Shown: piece after piece, positions 1 through 12,721 of the stretch
Layout: every line of letters begins with the position of its first letter
Position numbering within the stretch: the stretch's first letter is position 1
Assembly (NCBI GenBank): GCA_014905635.1
Contig: JABVCE010000042.1
Location: 1-64,000 of the forward strand
Length of the DNA: 64,000 nt
Direction of reading: 5' to 3'
From: Scenedesmus sp. PABB004
Lineage: Eukaryota
Position numbers and translations under genes: made by a program
Notes under the pieces: generated by a model
What the model was told of the DNA's origin: nothing
Database searches by the model: none
Seen by the model: the letters and a program-made list of their open reading frames with translations, nothing else

Positions 1-2939
1 GGCGCGGCGGCGCCGCGGCCGCGGCGGCGGCCACGCCCTCGGCGGCGCCTCGCGCGGCTCGAGCCCCGCCCCGGCGCCGAGCGCGACGGCACCCCGTCGG
101 CCGCTGCGGACGGCACCGCGCCCGCCGGCCGGCGACCCGCGCCGCCGGCAGCCCGGGCGCCGAGGCGCAGGAGGACGCGGCGCGCAGGAGGCGCTCAAGG
201 ACCTCGCCGGCCTGCAGGAGGGCCAGAGCGGCCAGGTGCGCGCCTGCGTCGTGCCGCGTCGTGCCGCGCCCCGCCGCCGCGCGCCTGCTCCTCTTCCGTG
301 CGCAGGCAGCTCACGCCGCCCGCCCGGCCGGCGCCGCGCCGCGGGCCGGCCGCGCCCGCAGGACCTGCTCGCGCGGCTGCAGCGGGGGCTGACGCCGGTG
401 GAGCGCGTACGCGGTGCGGAACCTCGAGGCGGCGCGGCCGGTCGACGTCGACGCGCTCGCCGCAGCGGCGGTGGAGGACATCCGGCAGGAGGAGTGGGAG
501 CTTGGCGCGATCGAGCGCCGCAAGGAAGCAGGCGCGGGCCGCGCGCCGCGCGCGCGCCGCTCGCCGCGCGCGCGGCGCGCGCTCGCCGCGCGCGCGCGCT
601 CGCGGCGGCGAGGGGGGCGGCGCGGCGCGGGCGTCGCCGACCGCCGCGCGCCGATCGCGCGCGCCGACTGCGCGCGCCGACCGCGCACCTCGCAGGAGGC
701 TGAGGCGGACGACAGCGAGGAGCTGTGGAGGGGTGGGACAAGGCCGCCGCGGACGCGGCGTACCGGGACTACGCGGAGCAGGTCGCCGAGGTGCTTGCGG
801 CGCAGGAGGCGGAGGAGGCCGCGGCCGCGGCGGCCGCGGCGGCCGCGGCGGCGGAGGAGGCGAGCTGCTCGAGGCGGGGCTCGTCGCGCGGGGGCTGGGC
901 CTCGGCGGCGGCGCGTACGGCGACGCGTACGGCGACGCGTATGGCGACGGCGGCTACGGCGCCTATGGCGACGGCGGACCCGACAGCCCCGGCGGCGCCG
1001 GCCGCGGCAAGCGCGGCGCCTGGGCCGGCGCGGGCGGCGGCGGCGGCGGGGCAGTGGCAGCAGCTCAAGCGCGCGCGCGGCGCCGGCGCGGCGGGGCTGC
1101 CCCGCTCGGCGGCGGCGCACCGCGCGGCGCGGGCCGGCGCGGCGGCCAGCGCGACGACTATGAGTACTATGGCGGCACCGGCGGCGGCTGGGAGGACGAC
1201 GACGACGGCAGCACCCGCGACGGCGCTCGCGTGGGCGGCGCTCGAGGAGGGCGCCGGCCTCGGCGCGCAGTGCTGGACCTCCGCGGCGGCGGTCGCGGCG
1301 GCCGACGACGCGCACGCCGCAGCGGCGGGCGCGTTCACCGCGGCCGGCCTGCTCGTCGGCAGCGTCGGCGACGCGGCCGGCGGCGGCGCGCCGCCGCTGC
1401 TGCCGTGGGAGGGGCAGTGGGACCAGGTGCTCGTGCAGGTCGTGCTCGCGCTCGGCGCGGCGGCGGCCGGCGCCGACCCCTACGCCGCCGCTGCGGGCGC
1501 GGGGATGCGCCCCGGCGGCGACGGCGCGAGCCCGGCGGTCCCGCTCGGCGAGTGGGGCCTGCTGGAGTGGGGCCAGGTCGCGGAGCAGGTCAAGGCGCAG
1601 TGCGTCCCGCCCGCGCCGCGCACGGCGCTCGCGCGCCGCGTCACGTGGCCGGCGTGCCGGGAGCGCTACCTGGCGCTGCTGCGGGACTTCCAGGCGGCGG
1701 AGGCGGCCGCGCGCGCCGCCGCACGAGCAGCAGGAGCAGCAGCAGCTGGACGGCGTCGGCGCCGCGTCCGTCGGGTCGCTGGACGCCGCCGTGGCGGGCC
1801 TGCTGCAGACGCTGCAGCCGGCGGCCGCAGAGCTGCTGGCGGCGGTCGCGGGCGCCGCCGCGCCGGTCGGCGGCGGCGGTCGCGGCGGCGGGCGCCGCGC
1901 CCGCGGTGGGCAGCCAGGCGGCGCTGCAGCAGGAGTGGCAGCGCTGGCAGACGACGGCGGGGGGCGCGGCGCCGGTCAAGCCGGAGCCGGGGGCGGCGCG
2001 GACGGCGCCGATAGCGGCGCCGCCGCGCCGCGGCAGGCGCCTGTCGCGCTGTCGGTGCTCGCGCGGCTGGCGGGCGCGGTGGACGGCGTCGCGCGCGCCG
2101 CTGCGGCCGCCGCGAGCGCGGTGGCGGCGGCCGCGAACGCGGCGGCCGGCATCAGCACGCGGCGGCAGAGCGAAGGCGTCAAGGCGGCCGTCGCGGGGCC
2201 GACCGCGATGGTGCTCGCCCCCAGCGCTGCCCAGATGGCGGCGCTGGCGGAGGAGCAGGGCGACGCCGCGCCGCTCGGCGCGGCCGGCGCGGTCCCGTGG
2301 AGCGCGAGCCACAGCGCCGGCGCGGTGCTGTCGCCGACGCTCACGCGCGCTATGAGCGGCGCGAGCGGCGCGCTGCTCAGCCAGGCCGGCGGCGGCGGCG
2401 GCGCGGTCAAGGCCGAGCCCGGCGCCTGGGGCGCCGCCGCGGCGCCGCGGCTGGGCGGCGCCAGCCCCGCCATGAAGCAGCAGGCGGCCGGCTGGGACGC
2501 GGCGGCGGGCGCCGCCTCCGGCAACGGCTACGGCGGCGCGCTCCCGCCGGCGCGGCACCTGGCCGCCGTCAACGGCGCGCCCGCGGCCACGCCGAGCCCC
2601 GCGGCCGCGCCCCGCAGCGGCGGCGGCGCCAGCGGCGGGCGCAGCAAGAGCCGGTCGGGCGCCAAGCCGCCCGGGGGCGCGGCCGCGCCGCCGCGGCGCC
2701 GCCGCCGGTGGCGGCCGTGGCCGCGCTGCCGGCGCCGGGCAGCGAGGTCGACCCGGCTGCTGCGGCTGCGGTCGCGCAGTATCAGCAGCAGTACCAGCAG
2801 CAGCAGGCGGCGGCGGCGGCAGCGGCGCAGCAGCAGGCCTGGGACCCCGCGGCGGCGGCCGCGGCCGCGGCGGCCGCGCCGCGCCTGGCGCAGGCGCAGC
2901 TGGGGCTGCTGCAGCAGCAGCAGCTGCAGGCGTTTTTGC

Positions 2940-2993
<54 letters not shown>

Positions 2994-3280
2994 CGGGCAC
3001 GCCCGCGGCGGCCTCGCAGGCGATGCTGCTGGCGGCGCAGCAGCAGCAGCTGCTGCTGGGCGCCGCGGCCGCGGCGCAGGCGGCGCAGGCGGCGGGCGGC
3101 GCCCCGGGGGGGACGCTGGGCGGCGGCGCGCTCATGCTGCTGGCTCAGCAGCAAGCGGCGATGCTGGGCGCCCAGCAGGGCTTTGCCGGCCTCACGCCCG
3201 CGCAGCTGCTGCAGCTGCAGCAGCTCGCGGGCGGCGGCGGCGGCGCCGGCGGCGGCGGCGGCGCGGCCGCGCAGCAGTGA
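1..3280 (+). CDS. PIE1: 3' part of SWR1/PIE1-type chromatin-remodelling ATPase (post-helicase region, SANT-like domain, poly-Gln tail); spliced, 5' end outside window
   Basis: Pieced exons give LTPVER(Y)AVRNLEAARPVD..EEWELGAIERRKE..EAEADDSEEL.EGWDKAAADAAYRDYAEQVAEVLA, matching the recalled plant PIE1 post-helicase block, then LPWEGQWDQVLVQVV..WGQVAEQV..WPACRERYLALLRDF (SANT-like). TGA at 3278-3280. Several 1-nt frame breaks (e.g. ~407, ~726). Confidence 0.75.
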
Positions 3281-3634
3281 GTGCGGGTAGTGCAGTTGGG
3301 GACAGTTGGGGGCCCGCAGCGCGGTGCCGGGGATTGCGCTGTGCGCAGCCGCGCGGTTGCAATTGAGCGCCCGGGGCCCAGACTCGCGCCGCCGCCGCCG
3401 ACGCGACTGCCAGGCGCCGCTGAGCCCTGCCCTGCCGCCGCCGTGGCGTCAGCCGGCGTCCCAAGCTCGCGGACGCCAGCGGGACGTGCGTTGAGCGGCT
3501 CGCACAGCGCCCTCGCGCGCCCGGGAGCCTGCCCCGCGATAACAGCCGCAACCGCCGCGCGCTGCCGCCGGGGCCGCCGCAGCCCGCCCCGGCTCGCCCC
3601 GCGGCGCGGCTGCTGCGCCGCGAGCTCAATCGCT

Positions 3635-6001
3635 ATGGCACCGGCTCAGCGGCTGCGCGCCGCGCTGTGGCTGGCGGCAGCGCTCGCCGCCGCGCGCGGG
3701 AGCGCAGGTGCGGGCGTCGGCGGCGCACGGGCTGCCGGGGGGCACCCTGCGCCGGGGCCCACGAGCGTTCCGTGGTGCTCTGGACCACGCAGGTGCTCTG
3801 GACCACGCGCAGCAGGTGCACGAGTGGCTCATCGGGTGGCGCGGCGAGACGTACCAGCCCGCGCCGCGCGAGGCGCAGCTGCCACCGGCCGACGCGGCGC
3901 GCGGCCTCCAGGCGCGTGGCAGTGTGGGAGAGCCGTGCGCGGCTGCCCAGTGCGCCGCGCCTGGCACGCGATCACCGCGCCGCCCGCGCCGCCTGCGCAG
4001 GGCGCGCCGCAGTCGCCGGCACCGGTGGGCGAGGCGCTGCGCACCATCGACGTGGCGGCAACCGGCGCCGCGGCCGGCGCCGACAGCAAGTGGTGAGCGC
4101 GGGCGCGACTCGCCGGCCGTGCCGGACGCCAGCCACGTGGCAACGCGCCGACCCGCCGCCGCACGGCCCTCGCGCACGCAGGGCCCAGGTGCTGAGCTGG
4201 CAGCCGCGCCTGCACGTCCGCCACAACTTTCTGTCCCCCGAGGAGTGTGACGCGCTCGTCGCGCTGCGCACCTCGGCACAGCCCAGTGTGGGCGCGGCGG
4301 AAGTGTGAGCGCTGCGCGCGCGCGCGCATCGCGCCGCGACCCCGCCCGCGCGCGCGGGGCGCGCGCCCCGCCGCGGCGGCCGCACCGGCGCGACGCGCGA
4401 CTGCCGCCGCGCCGCGCCGCGCGCCGCAGCGACGACGAGCTCATGGTTCGCATTGAGCAGCGCGTCGCCGAGTGGGCCAACCTCCCACCCAACCACATCG
4501 AGGGCTGGGCGGTGCGCCGCGCCGGGGGCGGCGCGCGGGGGCCCGGGGCGCCGCCCGCCGCCCGGCCCCGCGCCGCCCCGCTCACCCCGCGCCGCGCCGC
4601 GCCGCCGGCGCAGCTGAACCGCGGCTTTGAGCCGGGCGAGCGGTCGCTGCACTCCGACCTGCTGACCGACCGGCTGCGCACCGAGGACTTTCAGCGCGCG
4701 CGCGCCGCGACCGTGCTGCTCTTCCTCTCAGACGGCGGCGGCTGGTCCCTCGCGTTCCGGCCGCGCGCGGCGGCGCGTGGCGGGGGCGCACCGAGGGCGC
4801 CGCCGCGTACATGGATCTCTTGGAGGAGGGGCAGCAGGTCAGGGGGGAGGGGGCGCTGCGGCCGCGGCTGCGCCGGCGCGGCGCGGCGCGGCGCGGCGCG
4901 GCGCGGCACGCATGCGGCCGCGCGAGCCCGCTCATGCGCGCGCCCACGCCCGCGCCCACGCCCGCGCCCCCGCCCGCGCGCCGCAGCTGCACCAGCGCGT
5001 TGTCGCCGCCGGGCTCGACCCAGCGGCGCCGAGGCGCGCCCCGGCGGCGCCGCCGGCGGCCCGCTGCCGCTCGCCGCGCCCGACGGCGCGCCCGACCCCT
5101 GCGCGCTGGGCGCGGGCGGGCTGCGCCTGTCCGGCTTCCCCCGCGGCGCCGCGCTGCTGGTGTGGAACCTGCTGACAGATGGCGTCACGCCCGACCCCTC
5201 GGCGCCGCACGTCGCCTGCCCGCCGCGCGGCGCGGCGGCCGCCGAGGTGCGCGCGCCGGCCTAGCAGCGCGGCCGCCGCCCACGCGCCGCTGCCGGCGCC
5301 GGCCGGCGCGAGACGCCGCCCATGCGCGCGCGCAGGCCGCCGCGTCGGCGCCCTGGCTGGCCACCACCTGCCTGCACACCATGCCCACCGACGGCGGCGA
5401 CCCGCTCGCGCTCGCGGCCGTGTGCGAGGACACCAACCCCTCCTGCGGGTGCGCGCCCACGCTGGCGGCACCGCCCGGCGGCGCGCGACGCCGCCGCCCG
5501 ACGCCAGACGCCCGCCGCGCCCTCGCCCGCGTGCCCGCGCCGGCCCTCGCCCGCAGCGAGTGGGCGGCCAAGGGCTTCTGCGACGACGCGCCCGGCCTGC
5601 TGCTCGGCCTGCGCGGCATGTGCCGCCGCGCGTGCGGCGACTGCGTCGCGTGCGTGCGGCCCACGCGCGCGGCGCCGGGCGCGGGTGCAGCGCCTGGCGA
5701 GGCGGCCGCGGCGCCGGCGCAGCCGGGCGGCGCCGCCGCCGTGCGCGAGGTGCGGGCGGTGGCTATGCCTGACTATCTGGAGTGCCTCTACGCCAACATG
5801 CGCAGCCAGCGCCGCGTGGAGGGCCCTGGCGTGCGGCGCGCGCGCAACGCAGTCAAGCGCGAGCTGAGCGGCCAGCTCGGGGCGCTCCTCGGCGCGCTCG
5901 GCGGCGGCGGCGACGGCGAGGGCTGGCCGGGCGGCGGCGGCGGCGCCGCGCCTGACGCGCCGGCGGAGCTGCAGCGGGGCGCCGCGGTGGCCGTGGTGTG
6001 A
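3635..6001 (+). CDS. P4H: Secreted prolyl 4-hydroxylase-like 2OG-Fe(II) dioxygenase with C-terminal ShKT domain; spliced
   Basis: Signal peptide MAPAQRLRAALWLAAALAAARG; VLSWQPRLHVRHNFLSPEECDALVAL; RIEQRVAEWANLP; HSD; ATVLLFLSD; GAALLVWNL..D..APHVACP; CEDTNPSC.EWAAKGFC..MCRRACGDC. Confidence 0.8.
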
Positions 6002-6602
6002 CGCGCGCGAGAGGCCGGCGTGGTCGTTTGGTTGCACGCAAACCCACACCGCGCTGCGCTGCAGCGTGAACCTCTGTGCAGGCCTGTGCAGCAGCCGCGC
6101 CACGCACGCAACCTCTGGTGCTGCACACGCATGCGTTGTCCCGCCCCGGGCCGCGGTGCAGGGCTCAACGTCTGGCATTGCGGATCGCCAACCAGTTCAA
6201 CCAGTTCAGGTGGGGGCTCGCTACGTATTTGGGTTTTTCCAGCCGTGCAACAACAGCAAGCAGCAGCGAGCACCCACGTCCAGCCGCCCGCGCGCTGCCC
6301 GGCGGCGCACGGATCACCAGCACGGCAGCGGCCGCATGCGCACGTGCTCGCGCACGAGCAGGCAGTTATGAGCCCAAGCTGGGGCCCAGGCCCTCAGACC
6401 TCTGCAGCCAGCCACTCGCACGGGCGGGCAGTGGGTCGGCGTGCGCGGCTGCAGCCTGACTCAGTCTCAGCGCCAGGTCCCCCCCCCCTTGCCCGCACAT
6501 ACGAGCACACACCCGCAACTGTCTGCTCAGTCTTGCCCGGGAAGCGTCTTCGTTCGGGGCGCGCCGCTGGCGCCCTGCAGGCTCGCGGCAGCGCTCAGCT
6601 GC

Positions 6603-7763
6603 TCAGCCAAACGTGATGCTCGACCGGTTGTGCAGCGGCGACACGCGCCGGCCAAAGCGCTCGGCGGGCGGCGGCGCGGGCACCGCCGCGCGCGCCGCGG
6701 CGGCCGCGCGGCTCGCCGCGGCGGCCTGCGCCGCCTGCTGGACGTCGGGGTCCCACGCGATCATGCTCAGGACGCCGCTGCAGGGGCGGCAGAGAGGAGG
6801 AGGGGCGCGCGGCGGCGGCGCGTCGGCCCGAGGGCGCGCGGCGCGGCTGCGCGGTGGGCCGGCGCCGCGCGCGGTGCGGCCGCGGCGCGCCGCGCAGCGC
6901 GCACTGGTCGTTGTGGCTCGCGCCCGCCACGATGCGCTTGCCCTTGGTCGGCCACGCCGTCTCGAGCGCGTCCGCGGGCTTCGCCGGCTTGCCGCGGCCC
7001 CGGAACGGCCACAGCCGCTCCTTGCCGTCCTGCGGGCAGCTCTCCGGCGCGGCGAGCCCGCGGCGCGGCGGCGCCGCGGGCCCGCCGCTCGTCGGCGCGG
7101 GGCTCAGCTCGCCCACGCCCTTGCCGCGGCGCGCGTCGCCGGCGTCGGCGGCTGCGACCGCCGGCGGCTGGCCGCGGCCCTTGCGGAGCAGGCGAACGCC
7201 GTTGATCTCGTTGGCTGCGGGAGCGGGGGGGAGGTGGCGGAGGGGGAGGGGGGGGGGAGTGTCGGCGCGGCGGCGCGTGCGTGAGCCTCGCTCGTTCAGG
7301 GGCGGAGGCAGGGGCTGCGTGGTGGCGGCGGCGGCGGCAACAGCGGCGGCGGCCCGGGGCGCCGAAGCAGCGCTCACGGTGGTGGTAGCCCTCCGCGGGC
7401 GCCGGCGCGGCGCGGCGCACGCGGCGCGGCTCGCTGTAGATGAGGTCAATGAGCTTGTCGCGCGCGTACTGGGCGTCAAACTCGTCCTTCACGCTCTGCA
7501 GGTAGCCTGCACGCGGGGCGTGGGTGGGCACGCGGCGGCGCAGCGGGGTGGGCACGCGGCACGCGGCGCGGGGCTCGAGCGGCGTCGCGACGCGCGCGGG
7601 GCGTCGGGGGCGGCACACGAGGGGCGGCGCGGGTGCTGCCGCGGCCCGCGCGCGCGGCGATTCGACGGGGCAGTACGCCGCGGCACCGCCGCCGCCGCCG
7701 CCGCCGCCGGAGCAGCGCGCTGCGGCGCCACGCACTGGGCGACCAAGTATAGTTGGGCTGCAT
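6603..7763 (-). CDS. Small spliced protein of unknown function ending HNRSSITFG
   Basis: Coding-like exons MQPNYTWSP | GYLQSVKDEFDAQYARDKLIDLIYSEP.. | EINGVRLLRKGRG..KGKRIVAGASHNDQ | GVLSMIAWDPDV..RSSITFG* with plausible splice sites. Confidence 0.55.
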
Positions 7764-8236
7764 GCTTGGCGGTGCGGGCGGCGGCGCGTCGAAGATTGGG
7801 CAGGCCGTGGCCGGGTCCAGCCTCATCCTGGGCGCTCGTACGAGCTCGGGGCAGCGCAGCCCAACTCCAGCCGACGAGCCGCGCGATGAGGCCTGCGCGC
7901 GCGGGCGCTGCGCGGCGCTGCAATCGGGGGGCGGCAGGGGGCGTGCTGCGCGGGCGGTGCGCGGGCGCTGCAATAGGGGCGGCGCAGGGGCGGGTGCGAG
8001 TCGGGCGTGACCAGGCGCGTGCACTGGGCGCGCGCGCCGGGGCGCGCAGCGCCTGGGGCGGTTCTGGGCGACGGCGGCGCTGTGACGGCGGCGCCTGGCC
8101 ATGCACCTGCGCGCTCTCTCCTCCTCCGCCACTTGCGCGCGTGCCTGCGCCACGGCCGACGCGCTGTGGGCCGACGCCAGGCGGGGCGTCGGCGGCGGCG
8201 GCAGCAGCAGCAGCGGCGCTGCTGTCGACAGCAGCG

Positions 8237-10052
8237 ATGCGCGCCGCGGCGCAGGCGAGCTTTGGCCTGGCGCTGATTGCGCTGGCCCTGCTGCTCTCGC
8301 CTCAGGCCCGCCATGAGGTCGGCCGCGCCCGGCGCGCCCTGCATGGTGAGAGCTCGCCCCCCGCGCGCACGCGTGCGCAGCAGCGGTGGCGGCGCCACGC
8401 ATGCAGAGGCTGCGTACGGGCGCGCCCCGACTCCCGCCGCCGCCGCGCCGCCGCCGCCGCGCCGCAGCCTGGGTCGACCCCGCGCCCGCGACGGCGCGGG
8501 CGCCGCGCAGCGGCGTGTGGCGCAGCGACGCGCTGCTGGACGCGGTCCAGGCGCACATGCGGCGCGCCGCCGGCGGCGGCGGCGGCGACTACACGACCGC
8601 GGGGCGCGGCCTCGTGTCGTACGCCACCGCCGACGACGCGCTCGCGGGCCAGGGCTGGCGCCTGCGCGCGGCGCTGTTCGTAGAGCTGCTCGCCCCGCGT
8701 TGGACCGCGCTGCTGCCGCGCGGCGCCGGCGGCGGCATCGCGCCCGGGCTCCGCGTGCTGCGCCTCGCGGCGGCCGACCTGCCCACGGTCGCGCCGCTCG
8801 CGGGCGCGGAGCGCCCCGACCTGGGCGCGGCGCTGGTGTGCTCCTCGCCGGCACTGCGCATCACGGGGCAGCCGCAGCGCGCCGCCAACTGCAGCGTCTG
8901 GCCCGCCGGCAGCGCCGGCGCGCCGCCGGCGGGGCCGCCGCTGGCGGTCTGGGTGGTGCTGCCGAGCGGCGCCGGCCCGCTGCCGGCGCCGGCGGGCGGC
9001 GACGCCACCGCGGCCGAGGCGGCGGCGGCGGCGGCGCTGCCGCCGCTGGGCGGCGACGGCCCGCCGCCGCGCTGGCCGCTGGGGGACGCCGTCGACGCAT
9101 GGGTACTGCTGCCCCACGCGCCTGTGCTGCGCCTGCTGCCGGCGATGGCACCGGGCGTTGTGCAGGCCATGTGGGCGCATGCGGCGGCGCTGTACTGCTG
9201 CACCGACCTGGTCTTCCTCCTGCGGGCGGTGCTGCGCCTGCGCGCCCAGGTCCTGCAAGCGGCGGCGCCGCACGCGCGCGGCGGCTGGTCGGTCGTCGCG
9301 TGCGCGGCGCCCGCCGTGCTGGAGCTCGGGGGTATGCTGGCGTGCCGCACGGTCGCGTCCGCGGCGCTCGCGGGCGGCGCGGTGGTGGCGCTGCACCTCG
9401 CGCTGCGCGCCGCGCAGGGCGCGGCCGACGCGTGGGGGGAGCCCGCGCTGCGCGTCGCGGCCGCGCTGGCGGTCGTGCTGCGCGGCGCCGACGCGGCGCC
9501 GTCGAGCGCGGCGCGGCTGGCGGCGCAGTGCGCCCTGGCCGGCGCGGCGGCGCTCGCGGCGGCGGCGCTCGGCGCGCGCGCGCAGCGCATGCAGCTGTCG
9601 GGCGCGGCGCGCGCGGCGAGCCTCGCGGCGGCGGGCGCGGCGCTGGCGGCGGGCACGGCGCTGGTCTCGGCGGCCGCCGGCGGCGCCAAGGCGCGCCTGC
9701 TGTGGGCGGCCGGCGTGCGCGGCGGCGCGGCGGGCGCCGGCGGCCCCGCGCCGGTGGGCGCGGCGGCCGCCGCCCTGGCGGCCGCGCTCGTGCGCTGGCG
9801 CCCCGCGCTGCTGGCGGCGCACGCGGTCTGCGCCGACGCGCTGCTGCTGTCGGTTGGGCGGCTCGTGTGGGAGCTGCACGCGCCCGCTGCGGCCGCGCTG
9901 TGGCGCTGCGCCGCGCGGCTGGGCGTGGAGGCGCAGATCGCCTGGGATGCCAGCAGCGCGGCGGTCGACGCGCTGGCGGCGGGCCGCGGCTGGCACGGCG
10001 CCGCGGCGAGCTTCGCGCACGCGCAGGCGGCCGCGGCGCCGCGGCGCGCGCA

Positions 10053-10088
<36 letters not shown>

Positions 10089-11128
10089 GCAACGAGCGCG
10101 TGCACGCGCAGGTGCGGCGGCGCGCCGGCCGCCCGCGGCGCGCGCCGCGCCCGCGCGAGCCGCGCCCGCGCTCGCGCTCGCCCCCCCCCCCCCCCCGACC
10201 CTTGCGCCGGGACGGCGGCCCCCGCGGTGCTGCGCGCCGTCCTGACAGGTCTTCATCCCGGCCGCGACCGACCTGCCGGCGGCGGCCGACGCGCTGCGCG
10301 CACTTGCTGACGACCTGGAAGGCCTTGCCGGCGCCGGCGGCGCGGCGCTCGGCTGGCTCGCCGGCGGCGCGCCGCGGCCGGCCGCGCGCGCGGCGCTCGG
10401 GGAGCACTGGCCGCCGCCGCTGGAGGTGCCGTTTGACGTGGACGAGCTCGGCCCGGGTGACGCGGTGCCGCGGGGGTTCATCTGCGCAATTACCCAGGAC
10501 CTCATGCGCCAGCCCGCGCTGCTCATCAGCAGCACCATGCCGGTGCCGGCGAGCTACGAGCGCGACGCCATCGCGCGCTGGCTGGAGGGCTCCAGGCGCG
10601 CCCCGCGCCGCGCCGGCGCACGTCCCGGGGCCGCCCCCCCCCCCCCCCACGGCGCACGGCGACGACGGCCCCGCCGCCGCGCGCGCGCGCCGCCGCAGGC
10701 GCGACCCCAAGAGCCGCGTGGTGCTCGGGCCGGACGCGCAGCTGGTGCCAAACATAGACCTGCAGCGGGCGATCGAGGACTGGGTCGCTGGTGTCGCGGC
10801 GAAGCAGCGGGCGCAGCAGCTCGCGCAGCAGCAGGCGCAGCGGGAGCCCGCGGCGGCCGAGGCGGCCGAGGGCGGCGGCGCGGCGCGGGCTGCGCCGGCG
10901 CGCAGCGGCAGCGCGGGCGGCCCGGGCGGCAGCAGCAGCAGCCTGCTCGCGGCGGCGGTGCGCGCGGGCGCCGGGTGGGCCGCGGGGCAGCGGCGCAGCG
11001 CGCGGCGCGCCTGCGCTGAGGCCGCCGACGCCGGCGCGCCGCTGCTGAGCGACGAGGACGAGGCGGAGGGCCCGCGCCGGCGGCCCCCGCGGCGGCGCGC
11101 GCGCGGCGCCGAGCCCGCGGCGAACTGA
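8237..11128 (+). CDS. Putative multi-pass membrane protein with C-terminal U-box (E3 ubiquitin ligase)
   Basis: N-terminal hydrophobic MRAAAQASFGLALIALALLLSPQ, several hydrophobic stretches at 9100-9900, U-box VPRGFICAITQDLMRQPALL..SYERDAIARWL..RDPKSR..LVPNIDLQRAIEDW; TGA at 11126-11128. Confidence 0.75.
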
Positions 11129-11665
11129 CTCAGTGCGTGGTCGCCTGGTGCGGGCGGGCGCGGTTTAAGCAGTTGGAGCGAGCCGCGCGTCGCGGGCGGC
11201 CGGCGCCGCGCTGCCACGCTGCCGCGCGCTCGCTGCAGCTGCGACTGCCGCCGCCGCGCCCGGCACGCCTGCCAGCTTGCTGGCGCTGCCGCTCTGCGCG
11301 CGCCCGTGCGGCGCCAGGCACGCGCGGCGCGGCAGGCGCGCGGCCGGGGCTTGGCCAACCCGCGGGCCCCGAGCGCTGCTGCCCGCTGCCCGGCCCACGC
11401 GGCGCAGCCAATCCGAGCGGGCCGGGCGGGCGGCAGCCGATCGAGACACCCCGCACCGGGCCACGGGAAGGCAGCAGCGAGGCCGCGCGCGAGCACCGCG
11501 CCCGCCCGCGCGGGGGTGGTTGCACCCGCCGCGTGCCCGCACGCGCCGCCAGCGGCCGCAGCGGCGCCGTCACCGCATGCGCACCCGCCTAGCGTAGCGC
11601 ACGGGCGGCCGCGGAGGCCGGCGGCGACAAACGGCGACGGCCGGCCCTTGACCGCATGGCGCCGA
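11004..11665. repeat. Left arm of ~660-bp near-identical inverted duplication
   Basis: Reverse complement of 16050-16712 with only scattered differences; also visible as mirrored ORFs (11277..11597+ vs 16123..16437-). Confidence 0.95.
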
Positions 11666-11904
11666 CCGGGGGGCGCCGCCAGTTGCTCGCGTGCCGCGCG
11701 CCGCCGTCCCCAGGTCCCGAGCCGCCCCGCCCCCGCGCGAGACAAGGCGGCTGTCTGCAGCCGCCAAAGTTTGTGTGCGTTCAAGAGGGAGGGCGAGGCC
11801 TCCACAGTCGTGCCAGCCTGCCTTGCCTGCCTGTCGCGCTGCCTGTCGCCACACACTGCCTGTCGCCGCGCCGCCGGCGCACGCCCCCCCCCCCCCCCCC
11901 CCCG

Positions 11905-11906
<2 letters not shown>

Positions 11907-11941
<35 letters not shown>
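11907..11941. repeat. (CA)n microsatellite
   Basis: Direct reading; similar tracts at ~16747-16762, ~19850-19891 (GT) and ~28802-28849. Confidence 0.95.
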
Positions 11942-11942
<1 letters not shown>

Positions 11943-12388
11943 CCAGCGCTGCCGGTTGCTGCCTGCCTAGGTAGGTCATGGCGTGGCGGCCACGGGCGCC
12001 GCGCGCCGTGCGTGCGTAGCGGGGCGCGTGCGCCGGCGCGGCGCCCGGCCAAGTCCATCGTCAATCGAACAATCGGGCGGCGGCCGCGTGAATCGGCGGC
12101 GCGCGCACAGCGGGCGCGTGCGTGCGACGCCGCCGGCGCGGGCGCAACCGCAAGGCGCTGCCCGCCACGCGCCGGCGGCTCCACCTGCCGCACGGCCACG
12201 CACCCCCCGCGTGAGAGGGCTGAAGCGTGCAGCCCAAAACTGCCGGCGGCGGCCGGTGCGGGCTGTGTGCAGCCCGCCGCGCCGGGGCCGCCTGCGGCAT
12301 CAACCTGCCACCTCCGGGTCAATGGAGTGTCATGCAACACGCACGCGGCCGGCGGCCCGCGCCAGGCCCCCAACACGGCGCGCCGGCC

Positions 12389-12684
12389 TCACACTGGGCC
12401 GCCGCCACCGGCGCGCCCACCGAGGGACTGGAACGCGTCACCGAAGCCCCCCGCCGCCTCTGGCGGCGCCTTGAGCCGCGCCGGCACGCTGCTGCTGTGG
12501 TGCAGCGCCGCCGCCGCGGGCTCGCCGCCGCCGGCGTGGTCGGGCAGCGCCGCGGCGCTCACCGTGCGCGGCGGCGAGCGCGGGCTGGGCGCGCCGCGGC
12601 CGCCGCCGCCCCCGCCCGGCTGCGCGCCGGGCGCGGAGCTCCTGAAAAACGCGGGCATGGCAAACGGCTCGCAGATGAGCGCGT

Positions 12685-12721
<37 letters not shown>

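Noticed and set aside
2782..3135. Cys-rich metallothionein-like ORFs (also 13998..15401 and 28996..29343)
   Set aside because: Antisense readings of CAG poly-Gln tracts.
8302..11979. 1225-aa minus-strand ORF and many other long Arg/Ala/Pro-rich ORFs
   Set aside because: Stop-poor shadow frames of very GC-rich DNA, overlapping recognisable spliced genes and lacking domain motifs.
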